From: a virus
Lineage: Duplodnaviria > Caudoviricetes
Virus record (IMG/VR): IMGVR_UViG_3300042539_001868
Coordinates: 1-62,195 of that record
Reading direction: 5' to 3' (one strand)
DNA: 62,195 nt
Shown: piece by piece, positions 26,633 through 36,996 of the stretch
Layout: every line of letters starts with the position of its first letter
Position numbering within the stretch: the first letter of the stretch is position 1
Position numbers and translations under genes: made by a program
The notes under the pieces: model-generated
What the model saw: only the letters and a program-made list of their open reading frames with translations
Databases searched by the model: none
Told to the model about the DNA's origin: nothing

Positions 26633-27329
26633 AAACTAAATCAAATTTATTTAAATTATTTATGATTAACTCTCTTTTATGGGTGAATAATAAATCTAAA
26701 ATGGAGGTGTAAGGGTTACTAAAATCCAAATTTTTACCTTGAATAAAAATTAATTTTATATTATTTTCTTTAAAATTATCGAAAGAATATAAATTCTTGC
26801 CTCCTATCGAATTTAGGTATTCATTTCCATTAAAATATTTAACTATTTCGATTACTCCGAACTCTTTTTTTTTATCTGTAATTTCGCAACTACTATCAAT
26901 TATTTTGGTTTTAATGTCTAAGTAACTACAAATTTTTTTTATAATATTTAAATTGAATTGTGATATTGTGATTTCTTGTGGAATGAAAATAGGATTAATA
27001 ATTTTTTCTATTACTATTTCGTAATTTTCGTTTTTTGAATACAAATGATAAAGTTTATTTTTAAATTTTCTAAAGTAGTTGCCTTTAAATAAAACATTAG
27101 TGTCTGTACATCTTTTATTTGAACTCGCATTATTAATCTCTACATTTATAATGTTATTGTCTTTAATAACATTTCTAGTCATATATCCTGATTTTTTAAA
27201 TGATACATGGTCTAAATTTACATAAACATCACAGTTTTTAATTGTTTGGAAATAACCTACATACGGAAAAAAATACGGTTGCATAATTGCAACTCTTGTA
27301 TTATGTGTGATTATTTGTTTTGTTTCCAT
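26625..27329 (-). CDS. wbqC: WbqC family protein
   Basis: AIMQPYFFPYVGYFQ.I...D..V.LD.V.F, Y.N.IGG..LY and SILDLLF. Confidence 0.9.
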   Translation of the reverse strand: METKQIITHNTRVAIMQPYFFPYVGYFQTIKNCDVYVNLDHVSFKKSGYMTRNVIKDNNIINVEINNASSNKRCTDTNVLFKGNYFRKFKNKLYHLYSKNENYEIVIEKIINPIFIPQEITISQFNLNIIKKICSYLDIKTKIIDSSCEITDKKKEFGVIEIVKYFNGNEYLNSIGGKNLYSFDNFKENNIKLIFIQGKNLDFSNPYTSILDLLFTHKRELIINNLNKFDLVYE

Positions 27330-28137
27330 ATCCTAATTTTTTGAACTCTAATGGTGATAACACATTTAAGTCCATCTCATTCATAATAGTATGAATCCTT
27401 TTTAATAAATCAATATTGGTTGTCTTTTCCTTATTTCTATAATATAGATTATCCTCAAGACCAATCCTTAATCCATCAAAATATAGTAATCCCATCATAT
27501 TACATTTCAATTGGTCTTTACCGATTCCTCCTAAACAAGTCATAGAATTTTTTGGTAGATTATTCACTATTGATGAAATACTTGAAATGTCAGATTGTGC
27601 GTTATATATATTACCCAATATAACATTAATATAATGAGGACCTTTTAATATATTCTTTGAAATTAGATAGTTTGTGTAATTTATCATACCACTATCAAAA
27701 CACTCAATCTCAGGTATAACACCATAATCATCCATTTTTTGGATTAACTTTAAAATCATATCAGGTTCATTCACGGATGATGATTTTGGAAAATTAAGGG
27801 ATGACATTGTTAGAGAACCCATATCAGGATAAAGTTCTAATACCTCAGAACGTTTTTCGAATTCAGGATGTAATCTTCCTGTTAAAGAAACACAAATAGA
27901 TAAACCAGGACAATGTTTTCTTATCCCTGTAATAATTTCACCATATACGTCTTTTCTATATGTATTAGATAAATCTTTAGGGTCTCTTGCATGTATATGA
28001 GTGACGGTGATACCCAATTCATATGCGTTATGAACTTCCTCAATAATCTCATTTGGAGTTAAAGGTGCGAAAGAGTTTTCCCTTGTAGTTTGAGTTCCTG
28101 TCGGTGTGAAATTTATAATTTTATTTGTTAATGACAT
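27301..28137 (-). CDS. Beta-keto acid cleavage enzyme (BKACE/DUF849, Kce family)
   Basis: PTG...P.TP.EI, metal-binding HIHAR, PDMGSL..SLNF, PEIECFD.G and RIGLEDN. Confidence 0.9.
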   Translation of the reverse strand: MSLTNKIINFTPTGTQTTRENSFAPLTPNEIIEEVHNAYELGITVTHIHARDPKDLSNTYRKDVYGEIITGIRKHCPGLSICVSLTGRLHPEFEKRSEVLELYPDMGSLTMSSLNFPKSSSVNEPDMILKLIQKMDDYGVIPEIECFDSGMINYTNYLISKNILKGPHYINVILGNIYNAQSDISSISSIVNNLPKNSMTCLGGIGKDQLKCNMMGLLYFDGLRIGLEDNLYYRNKEKTTNIDLLKRIHTIMNEMDLNVLSPLEFKKLGYGNKTNNHT

Positions 28138-28162
28138 TGTATTAATATAATAAATTTTTAAT

Positions 28163-28927
28163 TTATTTATAGATTTCTGTGAATAATTTTACACTATCCC
28201 AAACATTAATTTGTTTTTTTACTTCGTATGTTATTATTTTTTTATACCCTATTTTTTTTAAAGAATTTGAAAAACTTTCATGGAATTTAATATCATTTAA
28301 GAGTCCCAAATTATTTTCAGATATATGTATATGATTGATAAATTTAAAATTATTTATTAATTCTTTTTCAGGTGAAAGACTTTCATTAATTAAATTATGT
28401 GTGTCAATCATAGTTGTAATATTCTTTAATCCGGTTTCTTTAATGAAATTAATTATTTCTAAATTATTAAAGAAAAAGTCACCACCATATATTTTAGAGT
28501 TAGGTTCTATTGAGATTTGAATATTAGTATCGTTTAACATATTATCTAATGTTAAAAAAGTCTTGATTAAATCATTTTTTGATGAATTATTAAAATTTCT
28601 TAAATTAGGCGACCCCAAAACTAAAATTTCACAGGATAAAATTTTACAATAATGTATTAGTTTTTCAAAATGAGGAATAACTACAGAATAATTACAAATA
28701 GTATTGCAATTAACATTATGGAATAATGATTGTACGGATTTTACTTTTAAATTGTGAGAATTAATTTTTTTTAAAAAATCGTAAACTAAATCATCATTTA
28801 AAGTCTCCCAATCAAAAAGTTTTGTAAAAACAAATTCAATTAAATCGATATTATAACTTTTTAATTTTTCAAAAACAGATTCATTGTCATAATCCCAGGC
28901 TAAATTACTTAATGCTAAATTCATCAA
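28163..28927 (-). CDS. Sugar-phosphate isomerase/epimerase (xylose-isomerase-like TIM barrel)
   Basis: ALSNLAW, QSLF, LGSP..R, IEPN...YG..F, DT.N, HIHISE and YE motifs. Confidence 0.85.
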   Translation of the reverse strand: MMNLALSNLAWDYDNESVFEKLKSYNIDLIEFVFTKLFDWETLNDDLVYDFLKKINSHNLKVKSVQSLFHNVNCNTICNYSVVIPHFEKLIHYCKILSCEILVLGSPNLRNFNNSSKNDLIKTFLTLDNMLNDTNIQISIEPNSKIYGGDFFFNNLEIINFIKETGLKNITTMIDTHNLINESLSPEKELINNFKFINHIHISENNLGLLNDIKFHESFSNSLKKIGYKKIITYEVKKQINVWDSVKLFTEIYK

Positions 28928-29672
28928 TAAATTTTTTAATTTCCTTTAAAGTTTCTTCTTTACTATTAAAGTAACCATTTTTTTTAAATTTTGTAGTACA
29001 ATTGTACGTTATAGGAATATCGTTTTTTTCAACTTGATTTATATAATCGGGAAAAAAATTTAAAATTTCAATTGTTGGTATAGGTTCGTTAAAAAAATTA
29101 AAAATTTTATCGTCACGATAATTTGTATCGTAAAATAAAACATCTTTATAAAGATTTTCTAAATTATACCATTGGTATAAAGAGTTAATTTTTATTTTAT
29201 TAATTTGATTTCCATTGATTAAATCATATAAAATATTTTTTTTTATTTTTTTTCCAAAAACAGCCGGTAATCTAAAAATTTTTAAATTATTATATTCTAA
29301 AAACTTATCAACAAATAACTCAAAAAAATATCTATTGGTCCCATAACTTAATTCTTTTATATTTGGATAGTAGTCTTCATTAACTAATAATGGTGAATTA
29401 TTGTAAACGTCAATTGTGGAAAATAAAAAAATATTATTATATTTTTTTTTATTTAATATATTAATTAAAAAATTAATATTTTGAATATCTTTTTGTAAAT
29501 TTTTATTTACTAACCATTTGGTTGCCGGTAGACAAGATAACCATAAATTATTTCCGTCAGATACTTCTTTGTCAAAATTGTTAATATTGTTTGTATTATA
29601 TACAAAATCAAAATTTATTTTTTCTTGTAGAGTTTCACCAATTAAACCTGTGTGACCAATTAAAATGTTCAT
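28905..29672 (-). CDS. NAD-dependent epimerase/dehydratase-like protein
   Basis: LIGHTGLIG Rossmann motif, A.KW..N, STIDVY, YG.NR..FE and RLP.VFG..KKN.LYDL. Confidence 0.8.
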   Translation of the reverse strand: MNILIGHTGLIGETLQEKINFDFVYNTNNINNFDKEVSDGNNLWLSCLPATKWLVNKNLQKDIQNINFLINILNKKKYNNIFLFSTIDVYNNSPLLVNEDYYPNIKELSYGTNRYFFELFVDKFLEYNNLKIFRLPAVFGKKIKKNILYDLINGNQINKIKINSLYQWYNLENLYKDVLFYDTNYRDDKIFNFFNEPIPTIEILNFFPDYINQVEKNDIPITYNCTTKFKKNGYFNSKEETLKEIKKFIDEFSIK

Positions 29673-30652
29673 TGAGATATTATTTTTTTTAAAAATTCTT
29701 CTATTATGTAGATACCTTGTATTTTACCTGTAAAACAAGAAATAATATTACCTTGTTTTTTAATTATTGGGTATCTTGAGTCAGATAAATTTTCTGTCTT
29801 TGTTTTAGTCGAAAAAAAATAATCTTTATATGTGAAGTCTTTATTAAAAGATGGGTAATACCCAAGTACTTTACTTTCGATTGACTCCCTTATTTTTTCT
29901 ATATAAACAGAGTCTATTTTTTTTCGGTAGTTTTGAATTTTTTTAAAAGTTTTAAATTTTTTAATCGGAGTAAATTCAACATCGGTTAATGTATATTGAT
30001 TATTTGTATATGGGAACAATGAAAATAATTTTCCATCAACTAGAGTTAAAGAATCAAAATCGGTTTCATTATTTTTTTCATAAATCAAAGATATTGTTAA
30101 TTCATAAAATACATTTTCTTTAATTATTTCGTTTTCATTATTAGTACAATCCACTACAATATCAAAATTTTTTGATAGTTTTTTTAATCTTTTTTTATCA
30201 ATTTTTTCATATACTATTAATCCATTTAATACCTCCTCAAAAAAAAACTTAGCTTTTTTTGCGTCTATAAAACGTTCCTCAGTATTAATACAACCAGAGA
30301 TATCTTTAAGATTAATGTCCGACAATTCAAATTTATAATCAGAATATATTTTTAAAAAAGTATTAAAATCTAAATAAGATTTTAAGTTAGGTACACAGTA
30401 AATGTTTTTATCTATTTTTTTTGTTAAAAATTTATAATCAATTAAAAAATTTTCAAAAGTATTTTTACATAAATCTCTAGTCTCAGAACTTCTTGGATAG
30501 TGAAACCCTAAATGAAGTCTATTTTGATTAAATAATGAAGAACCTAAAAAAATTTCACTATTTTTTTCATATAATTTTATATCATGAGAATCTTTTAATT
30601 TATAAGCTAAATGACACCCAATCCAACCAGCACCAATTATTGCAATCTTCAT
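29669..30652 (-). CDS. FAD-dependent oxidoreductase
   Basis: KIAIIGAGWIG dinucleotide-binding motif, S..NQ.RLH.GFHYPRS and GKI. Confidence 0.85.
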   Translation of the reverse strand: MKIAIIGAGWIGCHLAYKLKDSHDIKLYEKNSEIFLGSSLFNQNRLHLGFHYPRSSETRDLCKNTFENFLIDYKFLTKKIDKNIYCVPNLKSYLDFNTFLKIYSDYKFELSDINLKDISGCINTEERFIDAKKAKFFFEEVLNGLIVYEKIDKKRLKKLSKNFDIVVDCTNNENEIIKENVFYELTISLIYEKNNETDFDSLTLVDGKLFSLFPYTNNQYTLTDVEFTPIKKFKTFKKIQNYRKKIDSVYIEKIRESIESKVLGYYPSFNKDFTYKDYFFSTKTKTENLSDSRYPIIKKQGNIISCFTGKIQGIYIIEEFLKKIISQ

Positions 30653-30658
30653 AAAAAT

Positions 30659-31342
30659 TTATTTTGATAATATTTTATAAACTTTTTCAGTCATAATCGA
30701 ATCACAATCTGAGACTCTAATTTTTATTCTAATATGTGTTGAGTTTAATATTTTATGTTCTTCAATATTTTGATTTTGATTAATTATGTCATATCTTGAC
30801 ATATTACCAATGTTAGGTTTAATATTGTTTAATTTATTTAAAACATGACCAATAAAAATATCATCAGTCCATTCACTATTTGACAAATTTTTATTATTTA
30901 AAATAATTTTTACACATTCATTATCCAATAAAGTACCTGCACCGGAACAAAAATTAAAATCATTATATTGACCAAATATACCATCATAAACATATTTTCT
31001 ATCTTTAATTTGGTTACAATAATCGTAAAATCTGTCTAAATTTATTATTGTAGATAGATTTGTTTTAAAAGTTAAATCATAATTATTTACATTTGAATAA
31101 TCTAAACCGTTTAAAACTTTTAATAATAACGAATACCAATAGTTTTCTTCACATTTTGATATAATTTTATTTCCATCAAGTATATATTCTTCGGAAATTT
31201 TTGAATCACAGTAAAGAAATAAAATGTCAATAGGTAGATTTTTAATTTTAGAGTCTTCAACAATTTTATCCCAAAATTTTTTGTATGTTATAAAATTTAT
31301 ATCTTCAGTCTCATGAGACATTACCAAGATTAGAATTCTCAT
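30659..31342 (-). CDS. Glycosyltransferase, GT31/Fringe-like
   Basis: E....L..K..., KTNLST, FCSGAG and DDIFIG motifs. Confidence 0.6.
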   Translation of the reverse strand: MRILILVMSHETEDINFITYKKFWDKIVEDSKIKNLPIDILFLYCDSKISEEYILDGNKIISKCEENYWYSLLLKVLNGLDYSNVNNYDLTFKTNLSTIINLDRFYDYCNQIKDRKYVYDGIFGQYNDFNFCSGAGTLLDNECVKIILNNKNLSNSEWTDDIFIGHVLNKLNNIKPNIGNMSRYDIINQNQNIEEHKILNSTHIRIKIRVSDCDSIMTEKVYKILSK

Positions 31343-31344
31343 AA

Positions 31345-31983
31345 TTATATTTTTAAATAATCTTTATAAACCCAAATACTATCTGATTGTAATTTATAAT
31401 CAGACGTGAAGGAAAAATAAATCTCAATAAAATTTTTCTTAATTAAAAAATCTTTAATTTCTTCATAAAGTTTTTGATTTTTCCAAACTTCTTTGTGTTC
31501 ACATTCAATATGTAAAGATTTAAGATATGATAATTTTTCATTAAAACTTTCTAAAACTTCATATGTTAAACCCTCAACATCAATTTTACAAATATCAATT
31601 TCATGATTAATGATGTCTAATAGTTTTTCACCCCTAATGGTGTTAACAATAATTTTATTAGTTTTTGTTTTTTCATACCAATCATCCGCTCTATCTATTA
31701 AAGAACTTGTACCTGCACTCACATCGTCTCCAACTACTTGATTAAAATAATGTTCTCCTTCAGTATTTGAAATTGCCGATTCTACTAAATTTATATTAGG
31801 GTATTTTTCTTTAATTTCCTTTATTTTAATCGGATTTGGTTCCACAACCCAAACATCTTTATCGTTAAGACCAAACAATTTTTTTAAATAATTAGCGTCA
31901 TTTCCATCTCTAGAACCTATTTCAAGAATTTTTTTAACATTAATATTTGTTTTATTTACAATAACATTGTGATAGTTTTTCAT
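31345..31983 (-). CDS. FkbM family methyltransferase
   Basis: ILEIGSRDG, VEPNP, AIS..EG, SSL and KIDVEG..YEVL. Confidence 0.9.
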   Translation of the reverse strand: MKNYHNVIVNKTNINVKKILEIGSRDGNDANYLKKLFGLNDKDVWVVEPNPIKIKEIKEKYPNINLVESAISNTEGEHYFNQVVGDDVSAGTSSLIDRADDWYEKTKTNKIIVNTIRGEKLLDIINHEIDICKIDVEGLTYEVLESFNEKLSYLKSLHIECEHKEVWKNQKLYEEIKDFLIKKNFIEIYFSFTSDYKLQSDSIWVYKDYLKI

Positions 31984-31984
31984 T

Positions 31985-32695
31985 TTATAATATATAATTT
32001 AATAATTTATTTATTTCTATTTCATTTTTTTTATATGGACGTAAAGAGTGACAATCAATATAGAATCCATTTTTTAGTTTTTCAACATCATAATTCCAAT
32101 TAACCCTGTCAATTCTATTTTCATAAAACCCACCCTCTCTGTCGGGGAATTTAAATTCTATTTTTTTATTATTTTTAATTTTGTCGTATAAATGAACTTG
32201 GTCAGTATACCAACCTATGTTAGGTATTTTCTTTATAAAAGTAATCCAATCATCTTCTAAATTAAATAACTCAATAAAATCTTCTGAATTTCCTGCAACA
32301 TAACACATTGGATATTGATTTATATTTTTTGTTTGGGGATGGTGAGAGGACATTATAATGAAATCATTATTTTTGTATTTGGATAAATCATCAATAAAAT
32401 ATTTTTTAGATAGTGGTATCATATCAATATCTGATATTATACAATTACCTTTTAAATATTTGGGTAAATAAAATCTAACAAGTTGGGATAATAGTCCTTC
32501 GTCGTAATTTGGTATTGGGTTAAGTTTTATTATGATACCATATTCATCATTAATAATTTCTTCTTTTTCATTTGTAACAAGACCTAATACAGGTGTAATG
32601 TTTAAAAATTTTTTCCATACTCTTGAGACTATCGGCCAAAAATCTAAATATAGGGGGTTATTGTTAGACCCCACCAACGCGTAATTTACTATCAT
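31985..32695 (-). CDS. Putative glycosyltransferase (DxD)
   Basis: YLDFWPIV..W, SQ.VR, ISDIDMIPL, PMCY, W..DQ, RIDR..W and ID.H..RP; glycan-cluster context. Confidence 0.55.
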   Translation of the reverse strand: MIVNYALVGSNNNPLYLDFWPIVSRVWKKFLNITPVLGLVTNEKEEIINDEYGIIIKLNPIPNYDEGLLSQLVRFYLPKYLKGNCIISDIDMIPLSKKYFIDDLSKYKNNDFIIMSSHHPQTKNINQYPMCYVAGNSEDFIELFNLEDDWITFIKKIPNIGWYTDQVHLYDKIKNNKKIEFKFPDREGGFYENRIDRVNWNYDVEKLKNGFYIDCHSLRPYKKNEIEINKLLNYIL

Positions 32696-33356
32696 ATTTT
32701 AATAAGACTAAATGGTCATTACCTAACGGTTTATCAAATTCGTCAATTCTACCCCCAACAAATAAAGTATCTTCCCTTTTAGTTGGAAAAGGTTTTTTTT
32801 CAAAAAACTCATCATGAGTACAATTATCATTTATGTATTTACTGTATATTTTTTTTAAAAATTTTTGGTCGACACCGTAAACATGTTTATTTTCTTTTTG
32901 GAATTCTAAAATTTCATTTCTAATATTTTTAATACTTCCTTTTATTCCCCACATACCGGCCAAAATACCTATAGAATCATTACCAAATGGTATTTTATGT
33001 GCGGGATGGTCCCTCATAATATGTAAAGTTTTTTTACTGTTAATCCATTCATCAACCGCAAATTTTTCCCTAAAATTTATTCTAGAGTCGCAATCTCTAA
33101 AAATAGAGTATTCAGAATTATCATTTTCAACACATAAAAATCTCCAAAATTCACCGTAAATTTTAGAACCTGTCATATCAATTAATTCAATTTCATTTTT
33201 TTTTAATTCTTCAATTGTTTTTTTTGGGACTGTATTATCATAATAGATAATCATTTTCCAATTCGGATATATTTTTTTACTTAATTCGGAGTTTTTAATC
33301 GCCCCAACATTGTAAATTGGTTTATCACCCCACAAACTAAAACTTAAATAATTCAT
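32664..33356 (-). CDS. Putative glycosyltransferase
   Basis: SFSLWG, FWRF, RDCDSR...RE..AV.EW..S.K..HIMRDHP.H, AGMWG and DQ.FL; GT-A-like family seen in glycan loci. Confidence 0.55.
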   Translation of the reverse strand: MNYLSFSLWGDKPIYNVGAIKNSELSKKIYPNWKMIIYYDNTVPKKTIEELKKNEIELIDMTGSKIYGEFWRFLCVENDNSEYSIFRDCDSRINFREKFAVDEWINSKKTLHIMRDHPAHKIPFGNDSIGILAGMWGIKGSIKNIRNEILEFQKENKHVYGVDQKFLKKIYSKYINDNCTHDEFFEKKPFPTKREDTLFVGGRIDEFDKPLGNDHLVLLKYDSKLRVGGV

Positions 33357-35599
33357 TTATTAGAACTTAAAAAGTTTATTGATTTTTCAAAATCAACAAC
33401 GTGTCCTGAAGTTCCGTGAGAATTTAATTGGTAATGTTTTAATATGTTTGATAACATTGAAACTTTTTTATTTTTTATAATATAAAAAAAACTTATTGAC
33501 CTTTCGTGTGCGTGACCCGCAGTATCTGTATTATTTAAGTCGTAAATAAGTTTCTCAAACCATTTCATGTACTCGTTAAAAGTATCTTTATTAAAAGTAG
33601 AATTACTTGTAGATGACCAAATCTCATTTGGATTTTTTTTAATCGATTTATCTATCATTTCATAAACATCAATACCATAATTTTTTTTAATTGACGGTAT
33701 CAAATATTTTACCCATTTTTCATTTTTAATGTATTGATAATTAGACATTAGTATTGGTACATAACCTATAAAATCAAAACCCTGAGTAATCTTTTCATTA
33801 TATAAATTATTAAACTCGTCAGAAATAATTATGTCATACTCAAAAAGATTTATGTAATCTGAGTTAATTAAGTTATTTTTCCATAACGCATACCAACCTG
33901 TAAAAGAAGTGAATAATGGATATTGTTCTATATTAAACGGTAAATTTCTAGCAATTATAACATTATTTAATTTTTCAATTTTATCAACCTGTTTATCACC
34001 AACAAACACATATTTTAAATCTGTAAAATTAGAAAATTTATTAATTTCTAAATATTTTAATAATACGTCTTGGTCGTGTATAAAAATGAATGTTGATATT
34101 TTTTTATTAATTCCATTATTCATATTTTTTGATAAAAAAGGAAACAAAATGTTTTTATAATCATCTTGCATTTTTTGTGATTTATTAAAATCTTCATTTC
34201 TAGTTACTGATTCGTAATGATAAGAAACGCAATCAGAACATAAATAATTTTTTAAATTTAAATTTAAACATTGAATGTTTAATTCAACATCCTCAAAACA
34301 ATTAGAATAATTTTCATTATACATACCGCATTTTATAAAAATTTCTTTTTTTATCATCATCAACGCACCTGTATTACCTAACACTTCTTTCGTTACTCTA
34401 TCAAATTTGTAATAAGAACCAATATTTTTATGATTTATAGATAATTGTTTATTTTTTTCAACATAATTGAATACAATACCATTGTGTTGGATTGTATTAT
34501 TTTTAAAATGTAATCTGGCTCCGACAGTCCCAACTTTATTTTGTGTCTTAAATACATTAAGCATTTCATATAAAACATTATTAAGTATTTTAATATCGTT
34601 ATTACAAAAAAATAAAAATTCGTATTCGTCACTAACGTGATTTTTTACAACATCATTATTTATTTTTGCAAAATTATAATAATCATATTCTATTAATTTT
34701 ATGTTATTATAAGTGGAAATAAATTGTTTTATCCAAACTTTTTCTTCATCGGTAGAACCTGTATCAGCAATAAAAATGTCAAACAAATTTTTATTACAAT
34801 GGTCATAAAAAGATTTAATACAATCAAATAACATTTCAATTTTTCCTTTAGTTGGGATTATAATTGCGACTTTACCAATATTTTTAATTATCTTTTCTTT
34901 AATTTCAGGAACATATATTTTTTCAGGTTTTAAATCCAACGGTAAAACATATTTCCATTTGTCCAAGAAAAAATCTTTAGAAATAAAAAATTCTTGATTT
35001 GGTTGTCCAACTGATTCATGAGTAATTTCAAATGAAGACGTAACCCCAATTTTAACACCATCTAAATAATTTGGAATACAAAATCCATGGTCATAAAAAT
35101 GAAATTTACCAATAGTCTCATCAAAATTATGTTTAATTTTTGTTTTATCAAAAGATATAAACAATCCGTCAATTGTTACAACAGGTATTAAAAATGGTAA
35201 CTTAGGTGAATATTTACTTAACCATTTTTTTTGACCTTCAGGATGATGATAAACTTGACCAACCATTGTTTGGTTCATTTTTTCCCAATATACTCCTGAC
35301 TCAGGAAAATAACAACTTCCTGCCTTTCCAATTATACCAAAATCAGAATTATTGGAAAAATCTTCTAATAATTTTTTACCCCAACCTTTTTCTAATTTTA
35401 TATCATTATGACAACAAACTACAATATCAAATTTTGATTCTGATATTCCTTTGTTGTATAGTTCAGTTAATTTAAACTGATTAAAATTTTGATATTCCAA
35501 AATTTGAACATCATTTAAACCACAACTTTGTAACAAATGTTGTCTAAATTTGTTATTATATGTATCATCTTTATGAGTTGAGTAAACAATTGTTATCAT
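33353..35599 (-). CDS. Multidomain glycosyltransferase (GT-A + GT2 + third GT-like domain)
   Basis: Domain 1 CCHNDI..IDGLF..FHFYD; domain 2 AIIIPT..DTGS..NFAK.NN..CNNDI..TGALM..FEDVE; domain 3 FEYD..HAHER. Confidence 0.8.
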   Translation of the reverse strand: MITIVYSTHKDDTYNNKFRQHLLQSCGLNDVQILEYQNFNQFKLTELYNKGISESKFDIVVCCHNDIKLEKGWGKKLLEDFSNNSDFGIIGKAGSCYFPESGVYWEKMNQTMVGQVYHHPEGQKKWLSKYSPKLPFLIPVVTIDGLFISFDKTKIKHNFDETIGKFHFYDHGFCIPNYLDGVKIGVTSSFEITHESVGQPNQEFFISKDFFLDKWKYVLPLDLKPEKIYVPEIKEKIIKNIGKVAIIIPTKGKIEMLFDCIKSFYDHCNKNLFDIFIADTGSTDEEKVWIKQFISTYNNIKLIEYDYYNFAKINNDVVKNHVSDEYEFLFFCNNDIKILNNVLYEMLNVFKTQNKVGTVGARLHFKNNTIQHNGIVFNYVEKNKQLSINHKNIGSYYKFDRVTKEVLGNTGALMMIKKEIFIKCGMYNENYSNCFEDVELNIQCLNLNLKNYLCSDCVSYHYESVTRNEDFNKSQKMQDDYKNILFPFLSKNMNNGINKKISTFIFIHDQDVLLKYLEINKFSNFTDLKYVFVGDKQVDKIEKLNNVIIARNLPFNIEQYPLFTSFTGWYALWKNNLINSDYINLFEYDIIISDEFNNLYNEKITQGFDFIGYVPILMSNYQYIKNEKWVKYLIPSIKKNYGIDVYEMIDKSIKKNPNEIWSSTSNSTFNKDTFNEYMKWFEKLIYDLNNTDTAGHAHERSISFFYIIKNKKVSMLSNILKHYQLNSHGTSGHVVDFEKSINFLSSNK

Positions 35600-35600
35600 T

Positions 35601-36431
35601 TTAATTTAAATTTTGATTGTAATAATTTGCAGCGTTTAATTCTGATTTTTTGTATTTGTCTATATTTCTTTGTGTATCGTATCCTGAAGAATCTGACCAA
35701 AAACAATGTATGAAATTTTTTCTATAATCAATAAATTTATAACCTTTTAAATACATTTCTCTAAACCATTTTGTACCCAAATCTAATCCGTATTCGCCAA
35801 ATAAAGAAACGTCACCCAAAGGTTTACATTCTTTCATTACTATTTCTCTATTTATTAAACACGACCATTCATTCATTCTACATTCAGGTAATGGTTTTGG
35901 ATTATTTTTATCTATCATACTTATTTGAGTCCTTACATGTGGGTAACTTAAAGTATATAAAACATCATAACTAATATCAACTTCATTAAAAATTTCACCA
36001 CTACAAAGATTATTACTTTTCGCGGGACAATTCCAACACTGACCTATTTGACCAATACTAAGATTTTCACCAATTAAATTTAGCATGTCCCCGATAATAT
36101 CGCCAGTATAAAGAACATCATTATGAGTTACAAATACGAATTTTTTATCACTTTTTTCAAATCCATATTGATATCTAACTTTAAATCTATCATTTTCATT
36201 TTTATAATCAATTGACGATGAAATAAAAGAATATGTATTTGGTTCGTAAACAATTAAATTATCAAAATAATCATAAATCCAAGTCACATTTTCATTGTTT
36301 GGTTGTTGTTTTTCTTTTATTAAAAAAATTTTGTCTATATGTTGTTTTGAATGTTTTAATAGACTTTTTAGAGTACTTAATGTTTGCCAAGGTTTACCAT
36401 AAACATTAATTATAACATCAACTTTATTCAT
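35601..36431 (-). CDS. GT2-like glycosyltransferase
   Basis: VDVII.VYGKP, FVTHND and DLG..WF; glycan-cluster context. Confidence 0.6.
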   Translation of the reverse strand: MNKVDVIINVYGKPWQTLSTLKSLLKHSKQHIDKIFLIKEKQQPNNENVTWIYDYFDNLIVYEPNTYSFISSSIDYKNENDRFKVRYQYGFEKSDKKFVFVTHNDVLYTGDIIGDMLNLIGENLSIGQIGQCWNCPAKSNNLCSGEIFNEVDISYDVLYTLSYPHVRTQISMIDKNNPKPLPECRMNEWSCLINREIVMKECKPLGDVSLFGEYGLDLGTKWFREMYLKGYKFIDYRKNFIHCFWSDSSGYDTQRNIDKYKKSELNAANYYNQNLN

Positions 36432-36988
36432 TTTTTCTTTAAAACAAAAAGAGTATTTTTAAAATATCTACAATAATCTTCGGGTTGATTTCTTAAATCT
36501 TCAGTTTCTTTTTCTAAAAGAACAAACCCTTTTTCTAAAATTATTGGTAAAATTTCATTATTATTTAATTCATTAACATGTCCATATCCCCCCTGACCTC
36601 TTACCGCCCAAGAAAAAATTAAATATTCGTTACAAATAGAAGTCATATTTTCTATAAAAATTTCTTGAAATTCTTTTGGGATATGTTCGCCAACTTCTAA
36701 ACATAAAACATTACCTTTTTCGTAATGTTCAAAAACTTCAGTTAAATTTTTTTGTCTGATGTCCAAATCTTCATGTAGTTTTATGGGGTCACCTTCAAAA
36801 CCAATTAATTTAACATGACCATTTTCTTTTAATTCTTTTAAATAATCACCAACACCACATCCTAAATCGTAGATTATTTTGTTTTTATCATATGATAAAA
36901 ATTTGCAAATCCAATTACTAACTAATTTTGAATGTATATGGTGTGATACTGCGGAGTCTTTTCTCCAAAAACCTGTCTTATCTATCAT
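36428..36988 (-). CDS. Class I SAM-dependent methyltransferase
   Basis: YDLGCGVG motif I, CLEVGEHIP and FSWA..GQGGYGHVNE. Confidence 0.85.
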   Translation of the reverse strand: MIDKTGFWRKDSAVSHHIHSKLVSNWICKFLSYDKNKIIYDLGCGVGDYLKELKENGHVKLIGFEGDPIKLHEDLDIRQKNLTEVFEHYEKGNVLCLEVGEHIPKEFQEIFIENMTSICNEYLIFSWAVRGQGGYGHVNELNNNEILPIILEKGFVLLEKETEDLRNQPEDYCRYFKNTLFVLKKK

Positions 36989-36996
36989 TTTTTTTA

